Origin: Amoebophrya sp. A120
Taxonomy: Eukaryota > Protista > Dinoflagellata
Assembly: GCA_905178155.1 (NCBI GenBank)
Contig: CAJINV010000005.1
Span: forward strand, 7,556,989 to 7,620,988
Direction: 5' to 3'
Length of the DNA stretch: 64,000 bases
How positions within the stretch are numbered: the stretch's first letter is position 1; each line of letters opens with the position of its first letter. Below are positions 1 to 13,400 of this stretch, piece by piece. The translations under genes and the position numbers were made by a program. Below the pieces are notes generated by a model. It made no database searches and was not told the origin of the DNA. It worked only from the letters and a program-made list of their open reading frames with translations.

Positions 1-94
1 CAGCATGAAAAATGGACTTTGTCATGGTGGTTCACCCTGGGTGGTAGATTTGTCATGCCTATCTGCAATTCGTCACAAACTTTTGCAATGCATA
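1..94. mobile_element. Introner, 3' part (family B-like)
   Basis: Ends ...CTTTTGCAATGCATA; internal TTGTCATG motifs; truncated by window edge. Confidence 0.7.
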
Positions 95-99
95 TGCCG

Positions 100-3000
100 C
101 GTTGCTGGCGAACTGTCTGTCGAACCTGAAAAAGTTGAAGTGGATTCACTCCCTCTCCGCAGGAGTGGACATGATCGTCCCGACGCTGCAGCAACACTAC
201 CTCGGCGGCATGATGAGCACATCAGCAGGGTCCACTTCATCTTCTACCGGCGCCGCAGAACAGCTGAAAATGCCACCTTTGACGAACGCGAAGCACGTAT
301 GGGAGTGTCAGGATCGAAATCAACAAAATCGAAGTGATTTGTGATGCATAAAACCGATACCACTGGGAGCCTCAGTTTCCAAGCGGCGCATGACAAACTT
401 CGATAGCACGAAAAGCCAGTCTGTCAGGCTGTTTGGGCAAAGAGGACTGCTCCTATCGTGCTGCTCCAGCAGCACATCGCCCTCCTCTAAACAGGCTTGG
501 AATCGGTCTCATTTGCCTGCTCCCCAACACAGGCCTTACTTACCCTACATTTTATGCATTACAAGTTTTTCGATTTGGTCGATTTCAAACCTGACGCTTC
601 CATAGCACGCCTTCTCCTACTCGCTCGCGGAGTACGCTTTGTTTGCGATCCTGTTTTTCACGAAGCAGGCACGGCGGCTGCTCGAGTATGCAATGCAAAA
701 GTATCGTACGTAGTAGAAATTGCATTACAAATTCCCCCAGCATTACAAATTCAATTTGTAATGCTGATTTACCTTGAGAATTGGATTTGTAATGCATAAA
801 TTCAATTACTACGAGTACGATACTTTTGCACAGGATATCGAGAACCAAAGGACGAAGACCTGGGACCGGTTCCAAATGAACTGGCTTGCGGGGGGCAGTG
901 CGATAGCAGGGACGAATAGTGGCAGCGCGAATCTTAAATCGCAACCCGCACTGGGGAAAAAACTCGGATTCATCGGGTTCGGCAGCATTGGGAAGGCGTG
1001 CTACGATATCGTACGAAAAAAGTGTTTCACTGTAAGGATTTTGCAAGGTTTGCGTCACAAGTGTGTTTTACATCACAGAGAAACTTTGCCATGCGAGATT
1101 CCTAAGGGAAAACACAGGCAAAAATCCATTGTCTTGCATGTGCAGCAAGACAAATACTTACATTTTCTGCATTACAAGTTTACACTGAAACAGTTTTTTC
1201 TTGCGATATACGATTTGCTTGTCGGCAGCAAGAGGAGAACGCAGCTCGCCACGCCCGGTGGCCCGGCCGGCACCGGCGGCATATCGTGTGCAAAAGTATC
1301 GTACTCGTACAAATGCAACTCTTGCATTACAAATCTTGTTTGCAAGGCAAATCTGCATATACAAATTTCATATTCTCATGCTGAGGAAATTTGTAATGCA
1401 TTTATACGAGTACGATACTTTTGCACTTCATACGGCATTCCCTGGAGCCAAGTGCTCGTACACCGAAGAACCCGGGACAGTGCGACTGCAGGGAGTGACG
1501 GCGGGGGAATTGCGACTGCCGGTGCACTATCAAATGCAACTATGTCTGGGTCGTCTGGAAGCGTGGAAAGTTGTCATGCAGGTTTTCCATGACCCATGAG
1601 GTCTGGAATGCGGGACCTAGCATGACACAGTCTGCGAGGTCTCTGCCATGCCTGTCCTGCATGAGAAACTCCCTCCTAACTTTGTCGAAAGTGGACGGCT
1701 TTTGGCACTCATGCAACACAGATTTTAGCATTATTCGGATTTAGCATGACAAGTTCCAGACCCAGACACTTTTGCAATCCATATGCACAATCCGCGATCA
1801 CGTTTCAAGAGGACTTTTCAACCAGTGAGGAACAGTTGGTTGAGACCCACCCAGACTACCTGCTCGGCGAGTACGCCAGCAAAGAAGATGTTTTCGCGAA
1901 ATCGGACGTGATCATATGCACGTTGCCGGGCACGGCGGAGACGCACCATTTCTGCGACATGGCGTCCGTTTCTTTGATTCCGGATGGGGCGGTACTTACT
2001 TATTTGATGACTTTGTGATATTCATTTTCATATTGAAACTTGTGATGTGGATTGAGCATCGTGGTCAACCCGTCTGTGATAAAAATCAGCATGGCAAATT
2101 ATCCGTATCTATAAACGATCGTATCAAACAGATCTTCGTTTCTCTTGGGCGTGGATCGTGTGTGGATGAGCAGGCGTTGATTCAAAATGCACCTTTATGA
2201 TGCGAAAAATGGCATACTAGCATACGTGACTTCTGCATCGGTATTTTTGTGAAGAAGCAGGTCTGTTCTGTAACTGTAGTACGAGGATCTGTCAACATGG
2301 ACACACAAAAGCGTAAGCAATGTCAATGCAAAGTTGTAGTTGTGCGCTGTCTTCATTCGTCTTTTTGAAGAGAACTCAAAGCTACCTCGACGCGTCTTTC
2401 ATGGTCCTCTTGTGCTCCGACAAGTACAACTCTGCCATTCTCTGCAGTTTACAGCAGAAGTTCATCGCGTGCTAGATTTTTTCAACATGATGCCCCCGGT
2501 TTGCCGGTATTGCCCTCGACGTTTTCGAGAAGGAGCCGCTGCCCAATAAGGCGTTCTCAAATGTTACATTCTCCAATGTTACATGAAATTTGTGACGCAA
2601 GAATGGCAAAAGTGAAAGGCAGGACCTTGCGCGTCTTGCATGATAGACTTTGACTTGGCAAAGATTCTCAGGCTGTTTGGCTGTCTGAGAATCTGTCATG
2701 CGAAGCAGCTGCGTGGCGTCGATAGTCAAGGCAATTTTGCATGACAAAAGTCGTGTAACAGTTGAGAATGTAACAGTTGAGAACGCCATACCCAAAGAAT
2801 CCGCTTTGTGGGAACTCCCGAATGTGTTGGTGTCGCCGCACAATGCTATCCAAGGGCGAATCAATAATGTTACACCCCGGCTACAACTTCAGTTTGTGAT
2901 GCATGCTAGCGACACGATGCATTAAGCATGATGTCCAGGTGTCAGTAGAACTAGAACTAGAACTGGAATCGCTAGAGCCCGACCTAGACTCTTTGTAGTT

Positions 3001-3459
3001 CATGGCTTGCATCACAGCCTGAAGTTGAAATAACCGAGGTTGACAATTTTCCGCAGGATAAACCCCGACCTGGTATCGACGTACATTAGCGACAGCTGGG
3101 ACGTTTTTATCCAGGAAAAACACCCATCCCCATCCAATTTGTCATGCAAAACATGCATCAAGTCCACCACTTGTCATGCAAAAAATGGTTGGGGATGGGT
3201 GTTTTTTCCTGGATAGTTTTCTGCCAGAGACTATTGGTTGGAATCTTCACATCATTTTCGACTGAACATGTTCATGCTTGTGGCACTACGTACTTGTGCT
3301 GCCACCACTGGTGCATCTCTAAGTCTAATGCCTCTTGTATCTTCTCCATGAAGTAGCTGTCGCAAAGCCTGAAGATTCCAACTTGCATATTTCCTTGCTG
3401 AGTATCAGGCCGGGAAGGCTTTTGAAAGCGGGCTGGTGGACGTGCAGATTGGGTATTGA
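100..3459 (+). CDS. D-isomer-specific 2-hydroxyacid dehydrogenase (NAD(P)-binding), 5' partial, about 12 exons in window
   Basis: Spliced exons (100-297, 610-686, 843-1006, 1214-1281, 1438-1527, 1789-1991, 2132-~2195, ~2495-2546, 2796-2846, 3066-3107, 3221-3231, 3395-3459) give LKWIHSLSAGVD, TNAKHAFSYSLAEYALF, Rossmann GFIGFGSIG, SDVIICTLPGT, FVSLGRG, ALDVFEKEPLP, SPHNAD and C-terminal VDVQIGY*. Confidence 0.93.
298..604. mobile_element. Introner family A (non-canonical intron)
   Basis: TIR TATGGGAGTGTCAGG/CCTGACGCTTCCATA; TSD GCACG; frame restored. Confidence 0.92.
687..837. mobile_element. Introner family B
   Basis: TIR TGCAAAAGTATCGTAC; TSD TCGAG. Confidence 0.92.
1007..1208. mobile_element. 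Introner family C
   Basis: TIR TATCG..GAAAAAA.TGTTTCA.TGTAA; TSD TACGA. Confidence 0.9.
1282..1432. mobile_element. Introner family B
   Basis: TIR TGCAAAAGTATCGTACTCGTA; TSD CGGCA. Confidence 0.92.
1528..1783. mobile_element. Introner family D (subfamily D2)
   Basis: TIR TGTCTGGGTC..GGAA/TTCCAGACCCAGACA; TSD TGCAC. Confidence 0.92.
1992..2131 (+). other. Canonical GT-AG intron
   Basis: GCG|GTACTT...AAACAG|ATC joins IPDGA to IFVSLGRG in frame. Confidence 0.85.
2196..2489. mobile_element. Degenerate introner (boundaries approximate)
   Basis: Interrupts ALIQNA / RFAGIALDV; weak inverted repeat TATGATGCGAAAAA vs TTTTTTCAACATG; no GT-AG. Confidence 0.5.
2547..2790. mobile_element. Introner family E
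   Basis: TIR GGCGTTCTCAA.TGTTACATTCTC; TSD CCCAA. Confidence 0.92.
2847..3060. mobile_element. Degenerate introner
   Basis: TATCC...GGATA ends; TSD AATGC/AACCC; removal with 5 nt restores SPHNAD. Confidence 0.75.
3108..3215. mobile_element. Introner family K (108 bp, nearly a full hairpin)
   Basis: TIR TATCCAGGAAAAA(A)CACCCATCCCCA; TSD GTTTT. Confidence 0.92.
3232..3389. mobile_element. Degenerate introner
   Basis: Inverted repeat GTTGGAATCTTC/GAAGATTCCAAC; TSD decayed (GAGAC/TTTCC); removal with 5 nt gives FCQRLAEYQAG. Confidence 0.7.
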
Positions 3460-4462
3460 TGGGGAAGACTCACACGACTAAAAAGCAACCAGCGTGTTCG
3501 TGAGTGTCTTGCTTCTGTATTCAGGGTTCTCTTTCGACGCCGTTTTCTGTTCTTTGAATGCATTAGCTTCAAAATTCGCACAAGAAATTTCGTGTTGCAG
3601 GGTCTACTGCGCCAAAGAACTCAAAAAATGCTTGCGGAAAAGTACGGAAAATTTTTCCACGTTTAGTACGGATATTACCGTCTTCACGTGGAAATAAATT
3701 TTGGTGTTCCTGTACGTAAATTTATTTCTCAGCCTGTTGTAGTGAGTTCTTGCGTGTCGTAACCACAGTCAAGAAAGTTGCTGCTTTTGTTAACGTTAGA
3801 CGGCAACTTCTACAGTTCTGTCTTGACTCACTCTCGTCCTGCTCGGTGTCGTTTCGAAACAAAGTTACTCGGTCTACTGTTCTTCATACTTCGCATTGAG
3901 GCAGCCGCTAGATGAACAGCTGTTGGTCGTTGTCACAAAACATCACATCTTCATCTGCTAACTACTGTATCTTTCAGATGCGTCGCCTCTTGCTCGTCGT
4001 TATCGTTCTCTTCCACCGGAGTTATTGTTGGGTGTTGCATATCATGCAGAGACCTCCTCGGTATGTTTCGTCACATTCAGAAGAATCGGTTGTTGGAGCG
4101 ACAGAAAAAACAACAAAAGACATCGGTCGTGAGAACAAGAAGTTAAGTAGTAGTTTTGAATTTACAGCAATGTATGAATGTGGACCTACTACGACGTGGT
4201 TGCGTTGGTAGCCCACCTGCTTTCTGTCGTTTGGATCCGATCGTCGCCTAGTTTAGACGCTTCTCTCAAGAAGAGTACGCACGCCAGCACAGCATTCTTG
4301 TTTTGTCTAATTCGTTGTCAGGACCTCATCAGACTAACATATCCACTTCCCCGTCCCTGTTATATGCGTGATCATGAAGTAAAAACTAAGAAGCGGTCTG
4401 TACCAAAAACTACCCCACATTGATTTTCCAGAAATTCTCCTTCATTTATCAATCAAAAGAAA

Positions 4463-7400
4463 ATGCAGTCCAATTCTAATTTAGACAAGTCCCTGACGAC
4501 AGCCAGCTCGCTCTCGAGCACAGCTGGTCTCAATACCACCACGTCGAGCTCCGATAGCAGCGCCACCGGAGGTGCACCAGCAGCCGCACCTGTCAATAAA
4601 AGCAACATGACAAGGAGGCAGGTCAGCTACGGAACAGGGATGCTGAACGAATTGAGCAACTTAACCAGCATTCCGGAGAACCCGTTTTCGCCCCAGAATA
4701 CTACGGCTGGCGGTCATAGTACCTCTTCCACGGCCCATCTAAACAAGCGTAAAATCATTGTTTTCACAGAAGACGCAAATGTGAACGAGGATTGCAAACT
4801 CGTGAAACAGCTGCTCCGGAAGATGGTGAAGAAGATTCACAAGGCAACTATGGTAAAATCGGAAAAGGAACGGGAGGAGAAGAAGGCGAAGAACTACAAC
4901 CGGAGGACAAGAGGTGCATTTGCCACAGGACACAACCCCAACAGGAACTTTAGTTTTTCTTCCACCAGCGAAGATGACGATGAGGACAGCGAAAATTTTA
5001 TTTCCCTCCACGAAATCAACCTGACCAAACACCCCGCGAAGAGGAAGGAATTCTACCAGTTGCTATTATTGGAGCACGAGAACGAATCGTCTTTCTTCGT
5101 GACGCTCCAAGACAGCAATTCCGGGGTTTTGTCCACGAGATTCCGCTGCCAGAGCTACAAACCGTCGTCCTTACCGAAAATGCCCCAGGTTTGGTTCAAC
5201 AACCGGTATTATGCATTGCAAATATGTCTGGGTCTGGAAGATTGCAAGATTTGCCACGCTAGTCTGGCATGACTCTGCGCTCTGTATTGCGTGGCCACCA
5301 AGAGGTCCTCTTGCCTGTCATGCAAAAGCGCAGTTTCTCATGCGAAACACGCAGCACAGAAACACGAACAAACTTGTCATGCTTGCCAGCGCATTACAGA
5401 GCACTTTATTGCTCACCGACTTGCATCACAAGTTTCCAGACCCAGACATTTTTGCAGAGGATAGATATTTTGGCGGCATGGACGAAGTGGAACAGTTGGT
5501 CAACAAAATCGATGAGGATCGGCGGATTATGAAACAGAGAACCATGCTGGCGTACGCGACTTCACCTGATCTGGGCAAGAGCATGATGTCTAGTACAACT
5601 TTAAGCCTGAGCAGAACTTCCTTCAACAGTACCCTCAACAGCAGTACGATCACCAGCAACCCTTTGCTCAACCGGTCACTTTCCTCGACCGGCATGTCCA
5701 AAACCGAGCTGAACCAAGCACTGAATACCTCCGTGTCGGCGAACACGTTGCAGCATTTCCTCTCGTTGTTTGACGATCCGGAGAACAAAAAGCAAGCCTT
5801 TCTTGACAACAGCTACAATGTCAACAAGAGTCAGGCAATTTTGAAAGAATCCGCGCGGAATGTGAAGCAAGAGCAAAAAGCCGCGGCCGCCGAGGCGCAA
5901 AAGGCAAAAGAGCAGGAGGAGGAAGACGCTCTGAACGCGGAAATTATGAAAGCAATTGCGGAGGCGGAGGAGGCGGAAGCAGAAAAAACAAAGCCAAGAA
6001 AACTATCCAGAAATGAGGAAGAAATGGCAGCGGTGAGAGCGGATGAGGAGGCGCAAAAAGCCGCTAAGACAAAGAATGCTGCATCTTCGAACAACAAGAA
6101 TTATCCAATTCTCGCGATGGCGCGAACGGCGTCCTTACTGAAAAAGTCGGATACCATTGCGCCCGAGGAAATGGTCTTGTCCCCTGAAGGGCACCAGGCC
6201 GATAGTTCTGGCAATAGAAAGTTGGTACAGGATGAAAACGGATTGATCGACGTGCCCTACAGTTCGGTTTTCGACGATCCAAATAGCGGAGTTGTGAAGG
6301 GTCCCTCGAACAACAACAAACCTGGAAATACAGTGGAAAAGGAAAATGCTTCTGGTGCTGCCGAGCTACACGCTGCGCCACTCGCGGCCCGCGGCTCGCA
6401 GCTGGTTCGGGTGGACAGCCAGGATGAAGATGAGGAAAATTATGCTACTAACGAGAGTCGCGGCTCTTCCTCGTCTTCCGTTGAAGACGATGGTAGTGAA
6501 GATGAGGAGGATGAAAACGACAACACGACCACCTCCGGCGCAACTTCGAGTCCTTTAAACATGAGCTTGACAAATTCCACCACACAATCCGGAGGCGCAA
6601 TAAACAATCCGCTCGGCAGTCAGAAGCTCTCCGCTTTCCGCGCGGCGGCCAAGAGGATCGCTTCCGCGGCTTCGGTGGTCCAAACCCAGGAAGACGCGGT
6701 TGGGAAGATTAAGTTGACAAGGTTGAACAAGAAGAAAGCCATTTGGAAAACATTGTGGAAATCCGCGGTCTCGAAAACTAATCCGGAAACTTTGTATGCG
6801 TTGCAAATATAATGATGTCTGGGTCTGGAGCAAGGTTGCAACTTGTCATGCTAAATCCGAATCACGCAAAGAATCTGTGTTGCATGATTTTGATTGCCAG
6901 CAGTTGTCCTTTTGTACCAAGTTGAGAGGGATTTTCTCATGCAGGATAGGCATGAGAGAGAACTCGCTGCGATTTGCCATGCTAGGTGCTGCATGCCAGA
7001 CCTCATGGGTCATCGAAAACCTGCATGGCAAATCTAACATCCTTCCAGACCCAGATGACATATTTGCACTTCATACTTTGGAGAAGGACACGAAAAAACT
7101 GATCGAGCCCATTCCCCTGATGACGGTGATCCTATTGTGAGGAAAAATCCCCCCTCCCCATACCAACCCGGGACACTTTTGAAAATTTGTGATGCTGATT
7201 TGTGGCCACAAATCGCGTCTGTATTGCAGGAAGGCAAAGCCAAAAACCCCGCCGCGTTCTGCAGGGAATTTGTAATGCTGTATGGCCTAAAGAGGACGCG
7301 ACTGGCTTGCTAGGCGCCTACACCAAAACTCCCGTACTCGGGCTCTGTATCTGCCTGCAGTCCTCTACTGCAAGACAAAGCCAATTCGTGTACACAAATT

Positions 7401-10400
7401 CCGCATCACAAAGTTTCATTTCGCTATGGGGTGGGGGGATGTTTCCTTTTGATAGATCCGGGGCGGGATGCACGGCCCGGGGTTCGCCAAGCCGAAAAAG
7501 TTGAACCGGGAAAAGTCGTATGAAAGGCAAAAGCATCGTACTAGTAGTAATCGCATTACAAAGTTGCTCAGCATGACAAATGGAATTTCTCATGCTGATT
7601 TACCTTGAAAAAGAGATTTGTCATGCATAAACGCGAAGATTACTACGAGTACGATAGTACTTTTGCACGGGATAATTCCATCGGGTTACTACGGAAGGGG
7701 ACGGAGGAAATTTTGGCGGATATGGCGAAAAGCGGGGACGATATGGGAGATAACAGGTTGGAACAAGCGTTGTTGGCTATCCTGTGCAAAAACATCCCCA
7801 CCCCAGAGTTGTCACGCAGATCTAAAAGCACAAGAGCATTTGTAATGCGCATCCCCATGAGAGGCATTTCCCATTGTGTTTTAGAACTTGTTGTGATGCT
7901 GTGAACAGGATAAGGAGCTGGAGTTGTTATGCGGCTTCTCTTGCTAAACTGCATTACATTAGAGCCTGCAACTTGTCATGCGTGGCTCCCAAAACTTTAA
8001 CGTTTGTGTTGCAAAATCCCCATCTTGACTCTGGGGTGGGGACGTTTTTACAAATGATATTGGCTGCAGAAGAACAGCAGGAAGACGGGTTGTTAGCGGT
8101 AGATGACTATCCTGTGCAAAAGTATCGTACTCGTAGTAAGTGCCGTCATGCATTACAAATCTTTTTCTCAATGTAAGTCCGCATTACAAATTTATATCTC
8201 TCATGCTGCGGGAATTTGTCATGCATTTAGTATACGAGTACGAATACGATACTTTTGCAATGCATAATGACGATGAGGATAAAAAAAAGGATTTGCAGAA
8301 AAAATTGCAAAACGACGAGCAACTCGCCGAGGACATGGCGAAAAGCCACGATGTGAGCGAACCGCTGATCCGCCCGTATTTGCAGATCCTCGACCGGGCG
8401 GGGGATCAGAACAGCAACAGCAATGCCTCCAGTCCACGAGGGCCACATGGTTTCAACAGTGGGGTGAACAGCAGTACTGAAGACGACGACCACACCACGA
8501 GACCCGGCTCTCCCACGAGTGCTGGCAACGCTAATTCCCCGAGCGAGACGCCGAGAACTACTACAGGCAAACAGTCCCCACGAGTTGCGAAATTCTCCGA
8601 GCACTACGCAAAAGGCCCTGCTATTCCCGCGGACGAGAATGCGCAGAAAAATCGTTTGAGTTATTTCAAGGCGAAGACCGACCCGCGCAGACAGCTGAAC
8701 TACGACATCATCCTGCGGATGAAAATCGCACCGATGGTGGCGATATCAATCGTAAATATGTCTGGGTCAGGAAGAGTCGGGGTTTGTCATGCACATTTTG
8801 CATGACCCATGAGGTCTGTGATGCAGGTCCTAGCATCACAGATTTTTCGAGAGCTTCTTGATGCTTACCACGCATGAGAAATGCCCTCTGCGCGTGCCAA
8901 GAGCTGGAGGCTCTTGCTGCCCGTGCAACTACACAGATATTTCTAGAATGCGCCGCAAACAGCATTACAAGTTCCACTCTTCCAGACCCAGACATATTTG
9001 CAGTTGATAGGCGATGTTGCAGCTGGAGAGCCGGACCATTTGGAATTACTCGAAATTGATGCGAAGTTTGGACGACCGGTTCCGACAGACGGGCGGATAT
9101 TTCTTCGCGAATTCCAACCATCCGTTTTTCCCTCCGGCGAAATATGCGAACCGGAATTTTTTGAAAACCTTTTCCTACTTGAATTTGATGGAGGTCACCA
9201 CACCCAACCCCACGGTGAAGCTCATAGAATCAGCAAAACACGGAGCTGCAGGTACTAGAACAAGCTCCTCTACCAGAGCAAGCTCTTTGATAACTCATGC
9301 CCCGGTAAGACTCGGCAACCTCGCGCAATCAATAGTCGGTAAGGTGGTGGAGAAGCAGACTTTACTTGCGAATTCGCTGATAGAAAACCTGGTTTTTTAC
9401 CCCCCAGCATTGCTGCTCCGGAATCTGTATCCTGTGCAAAAGTATCGTACTCGTAGTCAGTAATCGCGATCGTGCATTAAAGGCAAAACAGCATGACAAA
9501 TGCCATTTGTCATGCTGAGCTAATTTATTGTATTGCACTTACTACTAGTACGATACTTTTGCAATTCATAATCTGGGAAAACTCCCCGTTTTCGGGGATA
9601 TCGTGCCACAGATTGGTTTATGGAATGCAAATATGTCTGGGTCCGGGAGATTGCGAGGTTTGTCATGCTAGTCTGGCATGACACTTGAACCTGTAATGCG
9701 TGAGCAGGACCAAAAGAGCCACTTGCCTGCCATGCAAAAATGTAGTTTGTCATGCGGAAAGCGAAACACAAAGGAGCCCAGAAACTTGTCATGCGTGGCT
9801 GCCTATTGCAGTCGTGTCCCCACAAGTCATAAATTAGCATCACAAGTTTCCAGACCCGCACATATTTGCAATCCATACGGTTCGGAAAACCTCAACGAGG
9901 ACTTTTCTCTCCTATCAAACAAAAAGAGTTCGTCACAAGCACTCATGCGCATGCTTGCAATACAAAATTGTTTGTCATGCGTAAAAATGCATCACAGCAA
10001 AACTTCATTAGGGATTTCCCTAGTGTTTCTGCAAGACAAGGAAAGTTTGTGACGCTGAGAAAATTTGTAATGCAAAGCCTGCAAATTAGTGACTGTGATA
10101 AATTTTTTTCTCTCCATATCTCCACCCGCTCCGCTACTGCTTTCGCGGGCGGGATTTGACGCAGATTGTCGCGCGCGGAATTATTCCGGCGGTGAGCTGC
10201 CAGACGTTATTGGATGAAGGGGTGATTTACGACGTGGAGTTTGACCAAAAAATCCGGACCATGATGTACAAACAGCTGAAGAGGGCGATGAGCCAGCTCT
10301 ACACGAAGCAACGGAACAAACTTGCGGAGGCTTTGCTGAAGGCGAAAAGAGGGATAATTGGAGCCGACGAGGAAGACGACGACGAGAACGATGATATTAC

Positions 10401-13400
10401 GAAGTCCGTTGTATCAAATGCAAAAGTGTCAATGTCTGGTTCTGGAAGATTGTCATGCTAGTCTGGCATGACTCTGCACTGTGTATTGCGCGGCCACCGA
10501 GAGGTCCTCTTGCCTGTCATGCAAAAGCGCAGTTTCTAATGCGAAATACGCATGATCACAGAAGCACGAAAAAACTTGTCATGCTTGGCGGCGCATTACA
10601 GTGCGCTTATTGTTCACGGACTACTTGCATCACAAGTTTCCAAACCCAGACATTTTTCCATTTGATACGTTGCCACAATTGGCAATCTCATTGTCGATGA
10701 TGAGGAGGATGAGGAGAGGAAGAAAAATGACCCGGCCTTGAAATTAGCTTTACCCGACGGAAAGAATGTGAGTCCGGCGTTTCAATTCGGAGATTTTTTT
10801 CAGGATGAGGGCGAGTTCTACAAAACGACGAACCCGGGGAAGAGGAATGCGGTACATAAAAATTCCAGCGACCAGCCAACGGGTGAGGGAGAAGATGGTC
10901 AAGAAGAAGAAGATGAACATCAGGATAATAAAGATGAGGTTACATTTTCCTCCGGCCCGAAGGAGCCAGAAGATGAGACGAGTGCTGCTGCTGACAGACA
11001 GGAACGACAAAGCAATAAACTAAACCTCCCTGCTTCTTCGCGCGAAGAGGCAGAAGACGCTGCAGAGGGGCAAGCGAAAGGATTAACACCAACAGGAGAG
11101 GACGACACTACTACAAGAGCTGAGGATACTAGTACTGCAGCACCGCTGCAGCTCGAAGGCGACCACAGCAGTCTTATACCAGCCGTCCTTGCAGATGATG
11201 ATGAAATGCTGGAAGGTCAGCACAGCCTCGCAGCTCCTGAGCATTCACAACAAAAAGCCGCAGGAGCAAAAGTATGCATTGCAAAAGTATGACGAGCATC
11301 GTAGTAGTAGAAATAGAACTAAGAGATGCAAATTTTTTCAGAAACCAAAATGGAATTTGTAAATGCTAATTTACCCTCTAAGTGTCGGAGTCCCGTAGAT
11401 TTGTCATGCGTATTAGCTGCAATTCTTCATACGAGTACGATACTTTTGCAACGCATAACATAAAGACCACGTCGACGACAACTACAAGCAGCTCATCGAG
11501 GCGATTCAGTCCGTCTACCGGGATTTCCGGGCCCATTTAGCACAAAAAGACGGGTACGTGACGTTTTCGGAGAGGAGAATCTACCGCTTGGCCATGTACC
11601 GGGGCCTTCTGAATCCGAAAAGTATCAGCCTGCCCTACATGCTGTTTCCGAACTGCAATTCATCTTCTCTTGGTGGGTCGGATAGTACAACAGGAGGAGC
11701 GGTACTAGACAGTTCAGGTGGTGGAACGAGTGCAGATTCATCGTCTTCGAAAAGTACTGGAGCAAATTCCATCTCGAATTCGCAGCCTTACGTGATTATC
11801 AACCAGTTTCTCATGCGGCAAACGCAAGAGTCGAAGGAACAGCAGGAAAAGGAGTTGTCCAAACTCCTCGCGGAGTATGGGCAGGAGGACATTTATGGAA
11901 GCGTGATCTGGATCGAAATCGACACAATTGAAATAGTTTGCCATGCATAAAATGCAAGGCATGGAGTGGCTGTCTTGCCGGGATGGCAAGTGAGGCCGAT
12001 TGTGAGCTTGTTAGGGGTCCTCGTTTGGAATAGACCTGCAAAAGTAGGATGACAAAAGCAGTCTTCTGTGCCCAAAGAGCATGACAAATTGGATTGCAAC
12101 AAACAGCGTGGCAAATCGGTGCTCGGGAAATTTGTCATGCGCTACTTAGTAAGTGGGCTTCCAACTGGTATGGGTTTTATGCATTACAACTCTGTCGATT
12201 TCGATCCTGACAGTTCCATAACATCTTCGCGAACGAGGCACTGGAGCGGGCCGATAGTAAAGACGACAGTGCTTCTATGCAGAGAAAAAAGTGTTACATT
12301 TACCCACGCTGATGCAAGACCAGCAAGACAGACAACCACTGTCATGCAGGACATCATGCTTTCCAGCCTCATGTCTTCATGCGCGTTTTCGCTTTATAGT
12401 CTGCGCATCACAAGTTCTCTTTGCCATGCAATGCAACTTTGTGATGCTGAAACTGCACGACCAAATGTGTAGCTGTAACTCTTTTTTTCTGCGATAGCTT
12501 CTCCCTTTGACGAAGACGATGAAAATGACGATGAGGAGTTTCGCGAGCACCAGAAAAATTTACATTACGGCGGCCACACCTACACGAAGAAGCTGCTGCA
12601 GCAGGACCCGACTTTGACCTTCCTGCATAACACCAACAGCAAATTCCCCTGGTGGAAAGCAAATATGATCCAGAACAAGGTCAGTACGAATTGCAAAAGT
12701 ATCGTACGTAGTACTAGTAGAACACCGCATTACAAATTGGCTCAGCACGAAAAATGATGAGATTTGTCATGCTGATATAGCTTTGCAAGGAGATTTGTCA
12801 TGCGTATTTGCGATAATTGCCACGACTACGATACTTTTGCACACGATAGTGCGCCCGATGACGCAACTTCTGCAGGCGAAGATGCTGCAGGGGAAGAGGT
12901 ATCAAATGCAAAAATGTCTGGGTCTGGAAGTAGATAATTGCGAGATTTGTCATGCTTGTCTGGCATCACAAAAAAGTTTGTGATGCGTGTCCCAGAAAAG
13001 ACCCTTTTGCCTGTCATGCAAAAACGTAGTTTCTCATGCGAAAAACGCAGCACAAAGTAAAGCAGATATTTCTCATGCTTGGTTGTGCATTACACAGCAC
13101 GATTCACTATTCCCATCGCAGCATTACAAGTTTCCCGACCCAGACATATTTGCAGTGCATAAGAGGATTTTCCACGACTGCAAGCACGCACACACGCAAA
13201 CCCAGAGCGGCGTGGTGAATTTCATCGCGATCAAAAACAGCCCGCAGACCAAAGAGGACTACGATCGGTTCCGACTGAAAATTTCGGAACTGCAGATGCT
13301 GGATTTGCTACCAGAGTTGGTGGAATCAAGCGGTGAACAGAATACTGGTACACGACCAAGTTCGGATAGTACTGCTGGTGGTTCTTCTTCATCATCGTCT

